A stretch of DNA of 64,000 nucleotides, taken from the NCBI GenBank assembly GCA_040285855.1, contig JAUFOQ010000003.1:186001-250000 (forward strand). The letters are read 5' to 3'. The notes below the pieces were generated by a model that searched no databases, was not told where the DNA came from, and worked only from the letters and a program-made list of their open reading frames with translations. Position 1 is the first letter of the stretch. Each line of letters starts with the position of its first letter. Shown here piece after piece: positions 12,793 through 24,628 of this stretch. The translations under genes were made by a program, and so were the position numbers. The stretch comes from Eukaryota sp. GEM-RC1 (lineage: Eukaryota).

Positions 12793-15700
12793 TTACTCTA
12801 CACGAACTCTTTTGAAATCAGATTCAGCACTCATTGTCCTCTTTTCTCCAACACCAGTAACTTCTTGTTCAGCGAGATTCTCTTCCTCTAATAACTCCTT
12901 AGCAGCCTGACTTGATAACTTCTGATCTCTAGTCAAAACCAATGACGTGATTCTGTCCTTGATTTGAGCTCTTTCCAAAATACGTTCTTCGATTGTGTTC
13001 CTTGTGACAAGACGATAGACGGTAACTTGCCTAGTTTGGCCCAATCGATGAGCTCTATCCATTGCTTGAAGGTCATTAGTAGGATTCCAATCAGAATCGT
13101 AAAAAATAACAGTATCAGCCGCTGTTAGATTAATTCCAATACCTCCAGCACGAGTAGAAAGTAAGAAGCAAAATATAGAAGAATCATTCTGGAATTTGTG
13201 AACTAAATCTCGTCGTTCATCTGTTGAAGAACTACCATCAAATCGAACAAAGGAATGGCCACGAAGAATCATATAATCAGACAGAATATCAAGCATCTTA
13301 GTCATTTGAGAGTATACCAAACAACGATGGCCGTGAGGTTTTAGTTTAGTTAATAGATTATCAAAAGCTTGGATTTTTCCAGAATCAGTAAGTAGAGATG
13401 CAAGTCGAGGGAGATCGATTGACCATGATAAATGATTGAAGTAGTTTTGACCTAGCTCATAAGGCACTTCCAATGATTGCTTGAAGAAATTACCTGAATG
13501 ATACAAATTGTATGAAACAGAAGGTGATATAGGAGATGCTACGACTTTTGGACTGACCATACCAGTAAAATAATTAGAAATTTCAAAATTCCGTGCAAAA
13601 AGCTCATTTCGGCAATAAGAAGTAAGTTTGTCAATTTTCGACAAATTTAAAATGAGAGGATGTAAAAGCATAAGCAACTGTGTCGCAAAGCCCTCCTCCT
13701 CAAGAAAACTAACAGTATTGGAAAGTTGACGCCAATCAATCATTTTTGATTGGATCCACTTCAATCAGATGGCAAATTTAAACAAGTACTACTCAATAGC
13801 TTTCTAATTTCGCTAAAACCTTCCTTAGTGACAAGAGACAAAAACGAAAATACCAATGAATTTTTCAAAACTTCTTCTATTTTCGTTTTTGGTCGAATAA
13901 ATCACAAACTAGTCCAGGATAATAAACATTAGAATTGATTGGATTACGGTCAAACTTACCAGAAAAAAGTCGATATTGTCCCTGACCCGTACTTAAAGAA
14001 GAACTTTCCGAAACTGAATAATTGACTGAGTGCTTACCCATCAATGGCTCAGCAGAGGGCAATATCGGATGGGCATCAATAAAATTATAAGAAAAACAGG
14101 GTTCACGACGCTCAAAAATGCCAGGATGATTGCACACCTTCCTCAACTGCATAACTAAATTCAACAGAGTATCACCATCACCATGTTGAGAATTAGATAT
14201 CAGTCCTTCAAGAGGTTGTCCTTTCTTCAAGGCATTATAAAGAGACGTCTGCCTCGAACTCATGTTACACTTAACCACAATCTCAATCTTCCTAGCTAAC
14301 TCAGATTCAACGTCTTTCTTCTCCCTTCTCAGCATAAAAGGCTTTAGAATAACATGGAGTCGCTCTAAATGTTGAGTTTCTTTTGATTCTTCATCTGCTG
14401 CTTGAGCTTCAATTCCTTTAGCAAACCACTCCTCAAACTCACCGTGACTGTCAAAGAGAGTCGGCATGATGAAATGAAGAAGAGACCAGAGCTCAATCAT
14501 CGAGTTTTGGATTGGTGTGCCAGTCAGAAGCAATCGGTTTCGACACTTAAACGTCAATAGAGTTTTCCAACGTTGAGATGAATGGCATTTGATTGCTTGA
14601 GCTTCATCGAGAATCATGTATTCCCAAATAACTCTCTTAAAGAACTTCTCGTCTTGTACTGCGAACTGGTATGACGTCACCAACACGTGGAAGGGGGAAT
14701 CTTCTTTACCAAGCACGTGTTTCTTAGAAGTAAACATTGTTCTAATAACTTTTCGTTCTTTTGGTGAACCCCAGTAAGGCACGACTTTCATTTTTGGTGC
14801 AAATTTTGAAATTTCTTCCTGCCAATTATGTAGAATCGTAGAATGCCCAATGACAATAAAAGGTCCCCATTGGCCTCTAGTTTCACACAAATGAGCAAGA
14901 AAAGCAATAGATTGAATAGTCTTTCCCAGCCCCATTTCATCAGCCAGAATTCCATTAATTCCCTGATCATAGAGAGAAACCAGCCAATTCATTCCTTTAA
15001 GTTGATACTGTTTTAGAGTACCATTAAACATCCTAGGCTGCTCAATGTCAGTGTAGAGAAGAGAGGAAGGATCTTCTGAGGTTGATGGTTCAGGTGGGAT
15101 TTCTTCAGAAGTCATTGGCTCAACACGTGGAGGCAGTGGTTGGATTTCTGGAATGGGTTTGACAGGAGCGAAATCATTGAGCTCTTCATGACGTTTTTTA
15201 ACTGCCTTTTCTGCAATGATTGAGGCTGCCACGTAAGCACTATCCTCTGACCACGTTTCATCCTCATAGGAAACTGATGGGACTGTTGATTGAAAGATCT
15301 CAGCTCCCGGTGTCTCAACAGGTTGATCGTCCTTTCTCAACATGAAATGAGAGTACAACTCTGTCTGTGTAAGGAGAAAGTTAAGCTTACGTTGTTGTCT
15401 TCTTGCTTCTCGCTCCTCCTCCAACTTCTTCTCCATTGCTCTCTGTTCAGAATCTACTTTTTTTTGTACGTCGTTGTCCTTTGAGATTAGATCTTCTCCA
15501 ATAGAGTTGCATTTCTCTAGTTAGCTTCTTGCCTCTAATCATGGCATTAGTCTTACCAATGTAGAATCTAACTTCTCTCTTCTGTTTCTCCTTTAAACAA
15601 CTAATGGCGAGATGCTTGGACTGTTTCCTGAGTTCTCTAAACTTCAGAGTTCTAGCCTTGTGAGCTCGAGGGATTTGTCCAATGACTGTGTCGAACTTCT

Positions 15701-16112
15701 TGGCAATGGCAGTGACGGGGAGATTGACAAGAGATTGGGAAAGAGTTTCTTCATACTGAATCACTTCTTCTTGTAACATCTTCAGCTTCTCTTGAGAGTA
15801 ACCCATTCTCCTTTGGGAAAGACGTTCTTCAAGAAGATGGAAGTACTGCTGCTCAGAGAAAGCCTTAGAAACAGGGCGAATGAGAGCAGGAGGCCGTTTT
15901 CCAGAGAGGTAGTCGATGAAAGAGGGAGGAACTTGGTTTGAAGATCTTCCGGTAAGGATAACGTTGGCAGTTTCTTCGTCTGCTTCAGGATCAGAATCAG
16001 ATTCATCTTTGACAACTTCGCCAGCGCGAGGAAGTCGAGTAAGCCACACGGGATATTGTGGGGTATCCAGACTCAACAAGACAGGAAGGGAGAGTTGTGA
16101 GGTATTTGCCAT
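12793..16112 (-). CDS. INO80: INO80 chromatin-remodelling ATPase, split by several 1-nt indels
   Basis: DBINO motif RQQRKLNFLLTQTELYSHF, GILADEMGLGKT, DEAQAIK, QLRKVCNHP, and C-terminal LLSTRAGGIGINLTAADTV / QAMDRAHRLGQ. Joins ORFs 15447-16148, 13877-15436 and 12793-13764. Confidence 0.95.
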
Positions 16113-16501
16113 TGAACTGTGAGTCCTGGAAAATGAAGTCTTGTTCAAGAATTGAAGAGGATGATGTGTATGTGGAATTAATTCGTATTTGAAACCCTGC
16201 TGAATCAGTGTAATCAGTTAATTGTTGCTGTTCAATCAAGACTACTGTAGTATAATCTATACAGGCATATACAGTACTATATTGACCAACTTATTTAAGG
16301 GATAAAATGATTGAAAGGTGACGTTTGATTCTTATTATATGTAAAGCGCTACAACATGAACATCTGCAAAGCTGCTTTCACAGTCAACAGGGCCATGATG
16401 ATGACGTCATCACGACGATATATTTCAGGAAATATCAATTTCCGTAGGACTACTCAAATACTGTACAAAGTACATTGTACATACAGAAATATCACAATAA
16501 T

Positions 16502-18140
16502 TTATTGAACTAAATCCTTGTACTTTCTCAACACTGAAACTAAAGCCATCAAGTCATCAAAAGTAGTAGGAAATCCAATACTGGCACGCAGAACTCCAGA
16601 AGGCTGACCTCCAGGATAGGAAGCAGGCCAACATTCCGAATTAGAATCATCAATCAATTCTGATTGATGATCAGTTTCCACCAGGCTATACCCCGGCAGA
16701 GGCTTAACAGTAGCACAACACCCAGATTCACACTCACAACCAGTCTTAAACCGTTCATAAACATCAGAATTAGTCACATTTGCCAAGTAGAAACAGGATC
16801 CATGGTTACAAACACAACCAGCTCTTATAGAAACTCCATTATTACTGCATTTACTTAGAACCTCAGAATGTGGAATGAATTTACCATTGGCATCACACAT
16901 TGAGAAGGAAACAATAGGACCTTGACCAGTTGAACCAGGCATTGTCTGCTTAGAATATTTAAAATTTCCATACAAATGGAACATTTCTCGTCCATTCGAG
17001 TGCTTCATTTCACCCAGGGTATCCGCAAGGTAATTAGCTAGTGACATGGTATGACCAGCAATATTAGCCATTCCTAAATTCTTCATGAAGTTGAAACCTT
17101 CTGTTAACGAAATGATATCAGTAAAAGAAATTGTTCCAAATTCAAGTCGTGAGTGATCTTGACTTCTTCTGACTTCCCAATCTTGATTAGGAAGAACTGC
17201 CGCAACAGCCCCACCTCCAAAGTATTTGGGATTGACGTCACCAATTGAGCTCTTCTTTGCAATCAAAGCTCCTAATCCAGTGGGATATCCAAACATTTTG
17301 TAAAAGGAGATTGGAATGAAATCAGCGAAATCGTGGTTGTTGAGATCAAAACAACAGCATGAGACCATTGAGGCAGCATCAAGAACTATTTTCCATCGTG
17401 CAACACCGTGATTATCACAATTGTCATAAATTTTTGAAATAATATCTAATGGATATCGATTACCAGCAAAATTAGATTGAGCAGGGAAAGCAAACACATT
17501 CATCACGTCAACTGATCCTTTCTTAGAGAGGTCAGAATTGATCTCATCAACACGTGATAACACCTCATCAAAATGAAGACCTTCAAAAGTACCTCCAACT
17601 TCCTTAACGTGAGCTCTTAGCCCAAGTACAGAAACATGGTTATCAATAGTGTACAAAAGAGTAGAAGAAGAAGTCCAGGGAAGTCCTTCGCCTAGGAGTC
17701 GTAGTCCAGCAGTAGTACCACTGGTGAAGATGACAGTCCAATGGTCAGGGTCTGCATTGAAGTGTGTAAGGACAGCAGCACGAGCTTCGTTGACTCCTTG
17801 AGTAGAGCGACTACTGGAAGGGGGAGTTTGTGTGGGGGTTTCCTAGGGTGTGTGAAGTGAGGAGCTTGTAGAGGGAGTATGCTTGGGAATGGGACGGGAT
17901 ACCAGCTCCCGCATAGTCTAAGTAGGCTCCTTCGTTTAGTTGAGGATATTCGAGTTTACGGAGAAGGTCAATTGTGTTGTTGAAGCCATAGTCTTGTCCA
18001 TACAGTTTCAGGAACTCTTCCTTTTCCGGTGGTAATGAATGGAATGTATCAGAAGATGGAAAATGTACAATAAAGACTGCACCAAACAGAGAAAGAGTGG
18101 TGAGTAGCACCAGGAGATGTCCTGGACTTATTCTCTTCAT
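16502..18140 (-). CDS. Class-V PLP enzyme, molybdenum cofactor sulfurase (MOCOS/ABA3)-like, with N-terminal signal anchor and no MOSC domain; +1 frameshift near 17822
   Basis: YLDYAG, GNPH, VIFTSGTT, DNHVSVLGLR, FPAQSNFAG, ISFYKMFGYPTGLG, RAGCVCN, LRASIG; hydrophobic N-terminus LLVLLTTLSLFGAVFIVH. Confidence 0.85.
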
Positions 18141-18199
18141 TATTTGGATGATAGGAAGATGTGAAATTGAAAACTTGAGTTGGTCAAACTGCACATCAA

Positions 18200-19612
18200 A
18201 TGTTTCGAAGAACATCTTATCGACGAAAACAACAGACTGTACGACTTGTATGCTGCTCTGTACTTTCAGGGTTGCTTGTAGCCACTCTTCTTATGTATAT
18301 TAATAACTTAATTATTGAACCTGATTCATCTCCACCCAAACAAAAACCCTCTCAAAATAACGATCTTCGTTCCATCATAGACAACTCCCCCACAAAACCT
18401 GCAAAAGACTCTTCAAATCCCACAAATTCTAAACCAAACAAACCAGACCAACCTGATCAAAGTCCTTCTTCTAAACCAGTTAAACCCACAGAAAAAGAGC
18501 CTGAGTTTGACGAAGCATTGTTCAACGAGTACTTTGCTTCTACTCCAGAACCAAAACAATTCGAGAAACCTTTTCTCTCTCTTTCTGAAATGGAATTGGG
18601 AAAGCTTCGTCCAGGGAAGAAAGCCATATCCGATGATCCCAAAGCAGTGGATGTGGTGTATACTTATGTCGATGCTTCAGATACTTACTGGAAGAAAGCA
18701 CGTAACGACATCATGACTTCCGCTGACTTCTCCAAGGAATCTCAATGGAGAGACACTAAAGAGCTGCTCTTTTCCCTGCGTTCTCTCTTAAAACACGTGT
18801 CTTTCATCCGCCACGTGTACATTGTTGTCTCTGCTCCTACTCAAATCCCTTCTTGGTTGGATTCCAATCATCCTCATGTAACAATTGTTTACCACACTGA
18901 GATCTTCCCAGACAGAAGCTATCTACCTACATTCAATAGTCTCTCAATTGAAGCTAACATTTGGAGAATACCAGGGCTATCAGACAACTTTCTTTACCTT
19001 AATGACGACTTCTTTGTTGGCAGAGACGTACCTTATAGGTATTTCTTTGATAATGCAATGGGTGTTGTTCATGTAGAAAGATATTGGTTTCCTAAGCCAG
19101 ATTCGACTTTTTATCATAATAATATTTATGAAGCTTCAACTATTTTAAAAAGTCATTTTGGATTTGGGCGGGAAACTCAAGCGGGAACTTACCGAGCTAT
19201 AATGCATGCCCCCAAACTTCTCAACAGAATCGCCGCAAACTTCACTTCCTCTGTATTCTACGACGCCTATCACATCAGCAGTATGGCGAGATTCAGACAA
19301 CCAAAGGGAACACCTTACTTTGTGGGCATGATGTCACATTCTTGGGTTCAGGAAAGTTTCCGATCACCGGGGTTTTTTTCGACATCTGCCAAGTATCATC
19401 GATGTTCTCCTTCTGAGTTTAGGTTTGAGTATATGAAGAACAATCCAGGGGAGTTGAAGTTGATGGGGCAACGAATTGGAAGAATAAGACCTCAGTTTTA
19501 TTGTGTTAATAATGATTTGGAGAGTCAGACAGAAGAGGCATCAAAGATGTTTATTGATGTAATGAAGGGTTTGTACCCAGATAAAAGTCCATGGGAAAAG
19601 GAATCAGTATAA
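18200..19612 (+). CDS. Stealth-family hexose-1-phosphate transferase, type II membrane protein
   Basis: CR1 VDVVYTYVD; CR2 ELLFSLRSL...PTFNSLSIE...IPGLSDNFLYLNDDFF; CR3 HAPK; CR4 FYCVNND...YPDKSPWE; N-terminal TM followed by a Pro-rich stem. Confidence 0.9.
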   Translation: MFRRTSYRRKQQTVRLVCCSVLSGLLVATLLMYINNLIIEPDSSPPKQKPSQNNDLRSIIDNSPTKPAKDSSNPTNSKPNKPDQPDQSPSSKPVKPTEKEPEFDEALFNEYFASTPEPKQFEKPFLSLSEMELGKLRPGKKAISDDPKAVDVVYTYVDASDTYWKKARNDIMTSADFSKESQWRDTKELLFSLRSLLKHVSFIRHVYIVVSAPTQIPSWLDSNHPHVTIVYHTEIFPDRSYLPTFNSLSIEANIWRIPGLSDNFLYLNDDFFVGRDVPYRYFFDNAMGVVHVERYWFPKPDSTFYHNNIYEASTILKSHFGFGRETQAGTYRAIMHAPKLLNRIAANFTSSVFYDAYHISSMARFRQPKGTPYFVGMMSHSWVQESFRSPGFFSTSAKYHRCSPSEFRFEYMKNNPGELKLMGQRIGRIRPQFYCVNNDLESQTEEASKMFIDVMKGLYPDKSPWEKESV

Positions 19613-19875
19613 ACACTTTTTAGAATTGGTAGCATTTTTGAAATATTTTAATAGTACAATCAGCGATGTAATGATGGCAGTTGGAACAATTGAATTGAAT
19701 AACGATATCATCAATTACCAGTAGATCTCTGGTGAAGAAAGAACTATATCAGATTTTCACTAGTAATGAACCGCGATTTAAACGACAACAGCCGAATGTT
19801 TCCTGTGAAAAACATCTAATATCACCGTTACGGCAAGAAAATCGGATTTTACACAGTCAAAAATGAAAAAGCTGT

Positions 19876-20872
19876 CTAACATGAAAGATTAAGATCATCA
19901 GAAGAAGAACATTCATATCCATCATTTGGATTGTTATCTTCAATTAATTTTTTCAATATACTTTCCGTTTGAGAAGAGGCTTCACTCAAAGCTTCTTCGA
20001 TAATAAAAGGAAAATCATCAACAACCTCCTTAATACAACTTCGAATTGTTTCCAGTAATTCTGTTGGTTAGATTCTCAACTAATAGAGTTCTGAGTTTAC
20101 CAGTAGGAGTATTAACAGGAGCTGTACTTCTTTTAATTGGTGGTTCAAGATCTGATTGAACTCTAGTTGGTGATGATCGTGTCCTGTCACGTGATTCTGT
20201 TTTGACGAATCTTCGTCTGGGTGTCTTTTTAACTGGTAGAGATGATGGAGATCTGAAAGGAGGTACTGGTTCGCCTAACAATTCAAAAACTGTAACATAT
20301 TTAAATCGTTTTGGCAGCTTCCGATCTGCTTCTAGCTTGCCCTTACTGTATTTCAAAAACGTAGTCCCTTCATCTGAACCTAGGTTGGCTCCCACCGCAG
20401 TGAATGTAGTTCTCCCTTTAGGAGTTAAGAAATAACAACGTGTCCCATGGATAACTTCAGAAAATACAAAAGATGATTCAAATTTTTGAAGGGCCAGTTT
20501 AATATAAGTTTTCCAAGTGGTGGTTACGTTTTTCAAAGGAAGGGGGATATTACGGGCTTTGTTGATGAGTTTTACTTCACTGAGGGCAGCCTGGATGAAT
20601 TCAAGGGTAACTGGTTCCTGGTAGAAGCGTAGGCAGGACATTGTGGCTTCAGCAAAGGAGATGAAGTACCAAGATGGTGGAATAAATTTTTGGAAGAGTG
20701 TGTGTCTAGGAAGTGTAGACAATAGCTGGATCTGTGAGGCTGAGGTGGGAGTGGAAGATTCTTCGTCACTCAGTCCAGAATCGGTGTCATATTCGTCCGA
20801 TTCATCGACGAAAACTTCAACTACTGGTTGGGATCCTTTCATTAAGGGATTGAACAGAAGAAGAATGTCCAA
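19876..20872 (-). CDS. Uncharacterised protein; probably continues past a frameshift near 20045
   Basis: 280-aa ORF; the +1 frame continues RSCIKEVVDDFPFIIEE... to a stop at 19876. Confidence 0.6.
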
Positions 20873-21069
20873 TTAAAAGTTAGTTAAGAAAGAAACATTG
20901 CTTTAATTACAATGTAGTGTGTTTTCAGGCCAATCATTGACTCTCATGCTGGTTCTCAACACTTATAAATACTGAGACATGTTGTTAGAGCCTATAATCA
21001 TCTTGTTTTCACATATTTGTTCTGGCCAATTTATTGTCATTTTTTCTATTTCTGAAGGCGACAACCCTA

Positions 21070-21864
21070 AAAATTGTTTATTCGGCACAGGGATGTTACA
21101 AAATATATTTAAATATATAAATTATTGTGTGGGCTTGTAATAGATATATTGATATTGTGTGGGCTGGCAATAAATCTATTGATATTGTCGGGCATCACAA
21201 TAAATAAATATATTTATTGACAATATTATCTGCTGCAACTTTAGTACTGGTATAATGTAAAAAAAACCGGGTTGTTCATAATCTCTGTGGTGACTTTTTA
21301 CATGAGAGAACAGATTTTGATAGCCCGATTTTGCGGCTATCCAGATGACAACATCGATGTTCTTTTTCTTGCATTCAACACATCCCCAAGGTTCAGTTCC
21401 GCGAGCAGACGCAAGGCGAACAGGTTGTGGATCAAGTAGCCGAAAGTAATGTTCAGCAACAAGTTTTGGTTTGAGAGTCATCAAGAAAAAAAAGAACAAC
21501 TAAAATTTCTTTAGCCATTTTGTTCCATGATGGTAAGATCAACTGTTTGTATCCTTGGTTACAAAATTGAGACAGTACTGTACGAATTGAAATGAAGAAT
21601 GTTCGATATTTGCATATGAAAACACAACAATTTGGCATGAAAATATATTGTCACAATATTGCAATATATTGCAATATTATTGCATATTGCGATTTTAGAC
21701 AATAAATATATTGTTGATCCAGCTGCTGACAATAAATAAATAAATAATATTTATTGCAATAAATAAAATAAAAATATATTTTTTAACATCCCTGATTCGG
21801 CACCCAATAAGGTAACCTTCCTACAAACTATGAAATTGTAAAAACAAACAAAAAATACTAAAGT
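21070..21864 (-). mobile_element. ~80-bp copy of the non-LTR element 3' UTR with 11-bp TSD, interrupted by a hAT element
   Basis: 21795-21862 is the reverse complement of ~12050-12117 with few mismatches; direct repeat CGACAACCCTA at 21059-21069 and 21865-21875. Confidence 0.75.
21088..21794. mobile_element. hAT-type non-autonomous element (707 bp) retaining a BED zinc-finger remnant
   Basis: TIRs CAGGGATGTTA / TAACATCCCTG; 8-bp TSD ATTCGGCA (21080-21087, 21795-21802); internal ORF with W.CVEC...SGYQNLFSHVKSHH. Confidence 0.92.
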
Positions 21865-21874
21865 CGACAACCCT

Positions 21875-22590
21875 ATCAAAAAGCAGCTAATTTGAATCAT
21901 GCTGAGTCAATTTTCAAATTAGGAAGTTGTTATTATTTGGGTTTAGGGATTGAAACACATTTTGTGAAAGCAGCTGAATATTTTAAAAAATCTGCTGAGT
22001 TGGGACACGTGTTTGGTATGGTTAATATCGGATATTGTTATTTCATTGGCAAAGGTGTCTTCAGATCCAAAAGGCAAGCTTTTAACTGGTTCAAAAAAGC
22101 AACAGATTTAAACAACTCAGAAAATTTGTATTGGTTGTCAATCTGTTACAGGGATGGCAAAGGAGTTGAAAAGAATCTCGAAGAAAGTATTAGACTTTTA
22201 AAAATTGCTGTTGAACTAGGCAATGCCGGTGCAATGAATGATCTAGGTCATTTTTATTCTCGTGGTGTAGGAGTTGAAAAAGTCGGTGCTGAAGCCATAA
22301 GGTACTACCAAATGGCCACTGACGGTGGAAGTTCAACTGGAATGAAGAATTTAGGGGTGATTTATGAGAAAGGAATTGGTGTTGAACAGAGCTATGAAAT
22401 GGCGTTTGAATTTTTGAAAAACTCAGCGGAATTAAATTCCAAAGTGGGAATTCAACAGTTGATTTCTTGTTTTAAGAATGGAGTAGTACATGGATGTGAT
22501 GAATCCACTGTAATCTATTGGGAACAAAAGAAGAAAGAATTAGAACGATCTGAGCCTTTAGATCAGTTGAGGAGAATGGGTTTGTTGTAA
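21875..22590 (+). pseudogene. SEL1-repeat protein, 5'-truncated (begins mid-repeat, no in-frame ATG at the start)
   Basis: Repeated LGxxYxxGxGVxK...A..yy.kAae.G units; the frame starts at YQKAANL directly after the TE insertion. Confidence 0.75.
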
Positions 22591-22644
22591 ATAGTAATAA
22601 GGTTGATCATTCAGTGTAATAAATGTTTTTGCAAAAAATAATAA

Positions 22645-22790
22645 CTAACAGACACTAACTAAAGTATCTAAACTATGATCATTCTGTCCGTCACCGAACA
22701 ACTTACCTAAAATTGACTTAAAGTATCTGTGCATTGAACGAAACAACACAAACGGTGACTGACTCAACCAAAAATTTGGACATCATTCAT
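22645..22790 (-). mobile_element. 3' relic of RLE non-LTR retrotransposon
   Basis: Minus strand reads FWLSQSPFVLFRSMHRYFKSILGKLFG...*, homologous to 58962-59100 and 6785-6910. Confidence 0.6.
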
Positions 22791-23086
22791 CTCGATAAAC
22801 TAAGTATTTCGACGGAGATGGATCACATAAAAACTGCAAAACAAAATATTGTACAAGTCAAACTAATGATTGTGAATGGAACATATATAATCAGTAACAG
22901 TTTGTCTCTTAACATCTCATTCAGGGTATGAGTGACACTTGACCAACAGAACGTAGTATAAGTATAAGAATATTTGATATCGTTGGGAAATATTCAGATT
23001 GGTGTGAGACCTGCGGACATACATGTAGCAAGAAGAAAAACAAATGTAAATATATCAAAATAAAATAAAAGAATTTACCAAAAAAA

Positions 23087-23778
23087 CTAAATCAATCTAG
23101 AAACTAATTCATCAAAAGATGACTCCACAAACCCTCCCTTGAGCTCTTCTTTTCACCACTTTCTGTCGTTGGTGCATTCAACTTGAGAGGTGCTAGGAAA
23201 GAGGAAACTGTCGAGAAAATGCTAGAACACACAGACAATTCATGGATAATATCTTCGATACATATAAGTCCATGTGATCCTAGATGTTCTTCTACTATTC
23301 GGTTATCATTAATAGGAACACGTTCCTTTTCTATTTGAGCAAAACCCTTCTTCAGAATGAGTGAGCGGATAACTTCCAGGGAGATAGTTCCCCAAATCAC
23401 ATGAGGTTCGACGGATCGTAAGGTCTTGAGGGTGGCATCACTGAGTTGTAGAAAAACACCATGAAACTTGTCTGTTAGTCGTAGGTTTTGAAGAATGCGT
23501 AAACTATTGGGATGGATAGCTCCTTTGGGGGGAACGCGAAAAGCAAACACGATTTTGGCATCGGCAGGAACAGGGATTTTGGACTTCGTCCTTGAGACTC
23601 GCTTATGACGCCAGCCTTCTGACTCTTTCAGGCGAGAGTCCTTCAGAAAATTTTCTGCTCGTTTAAACTTTAAAGTAGGTTTATTAAGTCGAGAGTCCTT
23701 TTTAAGATGTTGACGTTCAAGTGCTTCAGCTCTAAGACGATGAAGAGTCTTTCGTTTCTTAAAGATTGCTTCAGCCAT
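23087..23778 (-). CDS. uL30/RPL7-family protein (possibly the nucleolar RLP7-like paralog)
   Basis: KIVFAFRV, ILQNLRL...GVFL, VEPHVIWG, LILKKGFA, NDNRIVEEHLG...ICIEDIIHE; a terminal frameshift restores GFVESSFDELVSRLI*. Confidence 0.85.
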
Positions 23779-23810
23779 TTGGAAAAGAGAAAGAATTGTG
23801 TCTTCGCAAA

Positions 23811-24251
23811 ATGCCAACACCCTCTCAACTACTTGATGCTTTAGCTGAACTTAAATCAGCATCATCCACAGATAGTGTTTCTTTTGCCAAAAAGATGTCA
23901 TCGTTTCTTGAATTGATAACCTCCAAGTCTCATCCCGAAGGCTTTGTTCCTCTAAGTACATTACAAACCATTGATTCGAATGTACATCCAGTTAAGGAAT
24001 CTGTAGACGCAGCTAAAGAAGTAATTGATCTACAACTTCAGGAAAACGCTAAAGTTAAAGCAATAGAGCTTCTCCTTGAAGGACTAGAGTCTAATGCTAA
24101 AACTGCGTATCCTGATCTTTTGAGTTTTACAGTACAACAATCATACAGTAATCTCTTCGATTTTCCTTTGTTTTCCGTCTGTGTTGATTACGAAAGTTAT
24201 AGTAAACTCAATGTGATTCTAGCACTTACTCGTTTTGAAATATGTCCTTGA
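23811..24251 (+). CDS. Small uncharacterised helical protein
   Basis: ATG at 23811 (MPTPSQLLDAL), divergent from the RPL7-like gene; 3' end uncertain. Confidence 0.55.
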   Translation: MPTPSQLLDALAELKSASSTDSVSFAKKMSSFLELITSKSHPEGFVPLSTLQTIDSNVHPVKESVDAAKEVIDLQLQENAKVKAIELLLEGLESNAKTAYPDLLSFTVQQSYSNLFDFPLFSVCVDYESYSKLNVILALTRFEICP

Positions 24252-24628
24252 TTAATCACAATTTTGTCTCCATTATCTTGTATGTATTTTATCATTTAAT
24301 TTTTTTGAAATTCTGTTTAATTTTCAACCACCATTAGATTCATCAATTTCTTTGGAACAAAAATCTTGTTTTCATGAGTAGCAACGTACGCTCGATTTAT
24401 AAATATATCCTTTTGTCCATTCTTGATGTCATTCTTCACAATCATCCATACTGATCAATATTACCAATATATTGGTATTGGTTTTTCGGCAACCAATCAA
24501 TAATGGTACATATTTATTGGCAATACTGAATTGGCAATTCAATATTACAGAGCTGTCATGCTGTAATATTGTAGTTTAATTCTCAATTCATCCAACCTGA
24601 ACCTTAAATTAGACACATCTTGTCCCAA

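Noticed and set aside
15454..15469. Possible 16-nt GT-AG intron explaining the first INO80 frameshift
   Set aside because: It lacks the size and composition of the five well-supported 29-33 nt introns; an extra A in the A8 run explains the shift more simply.
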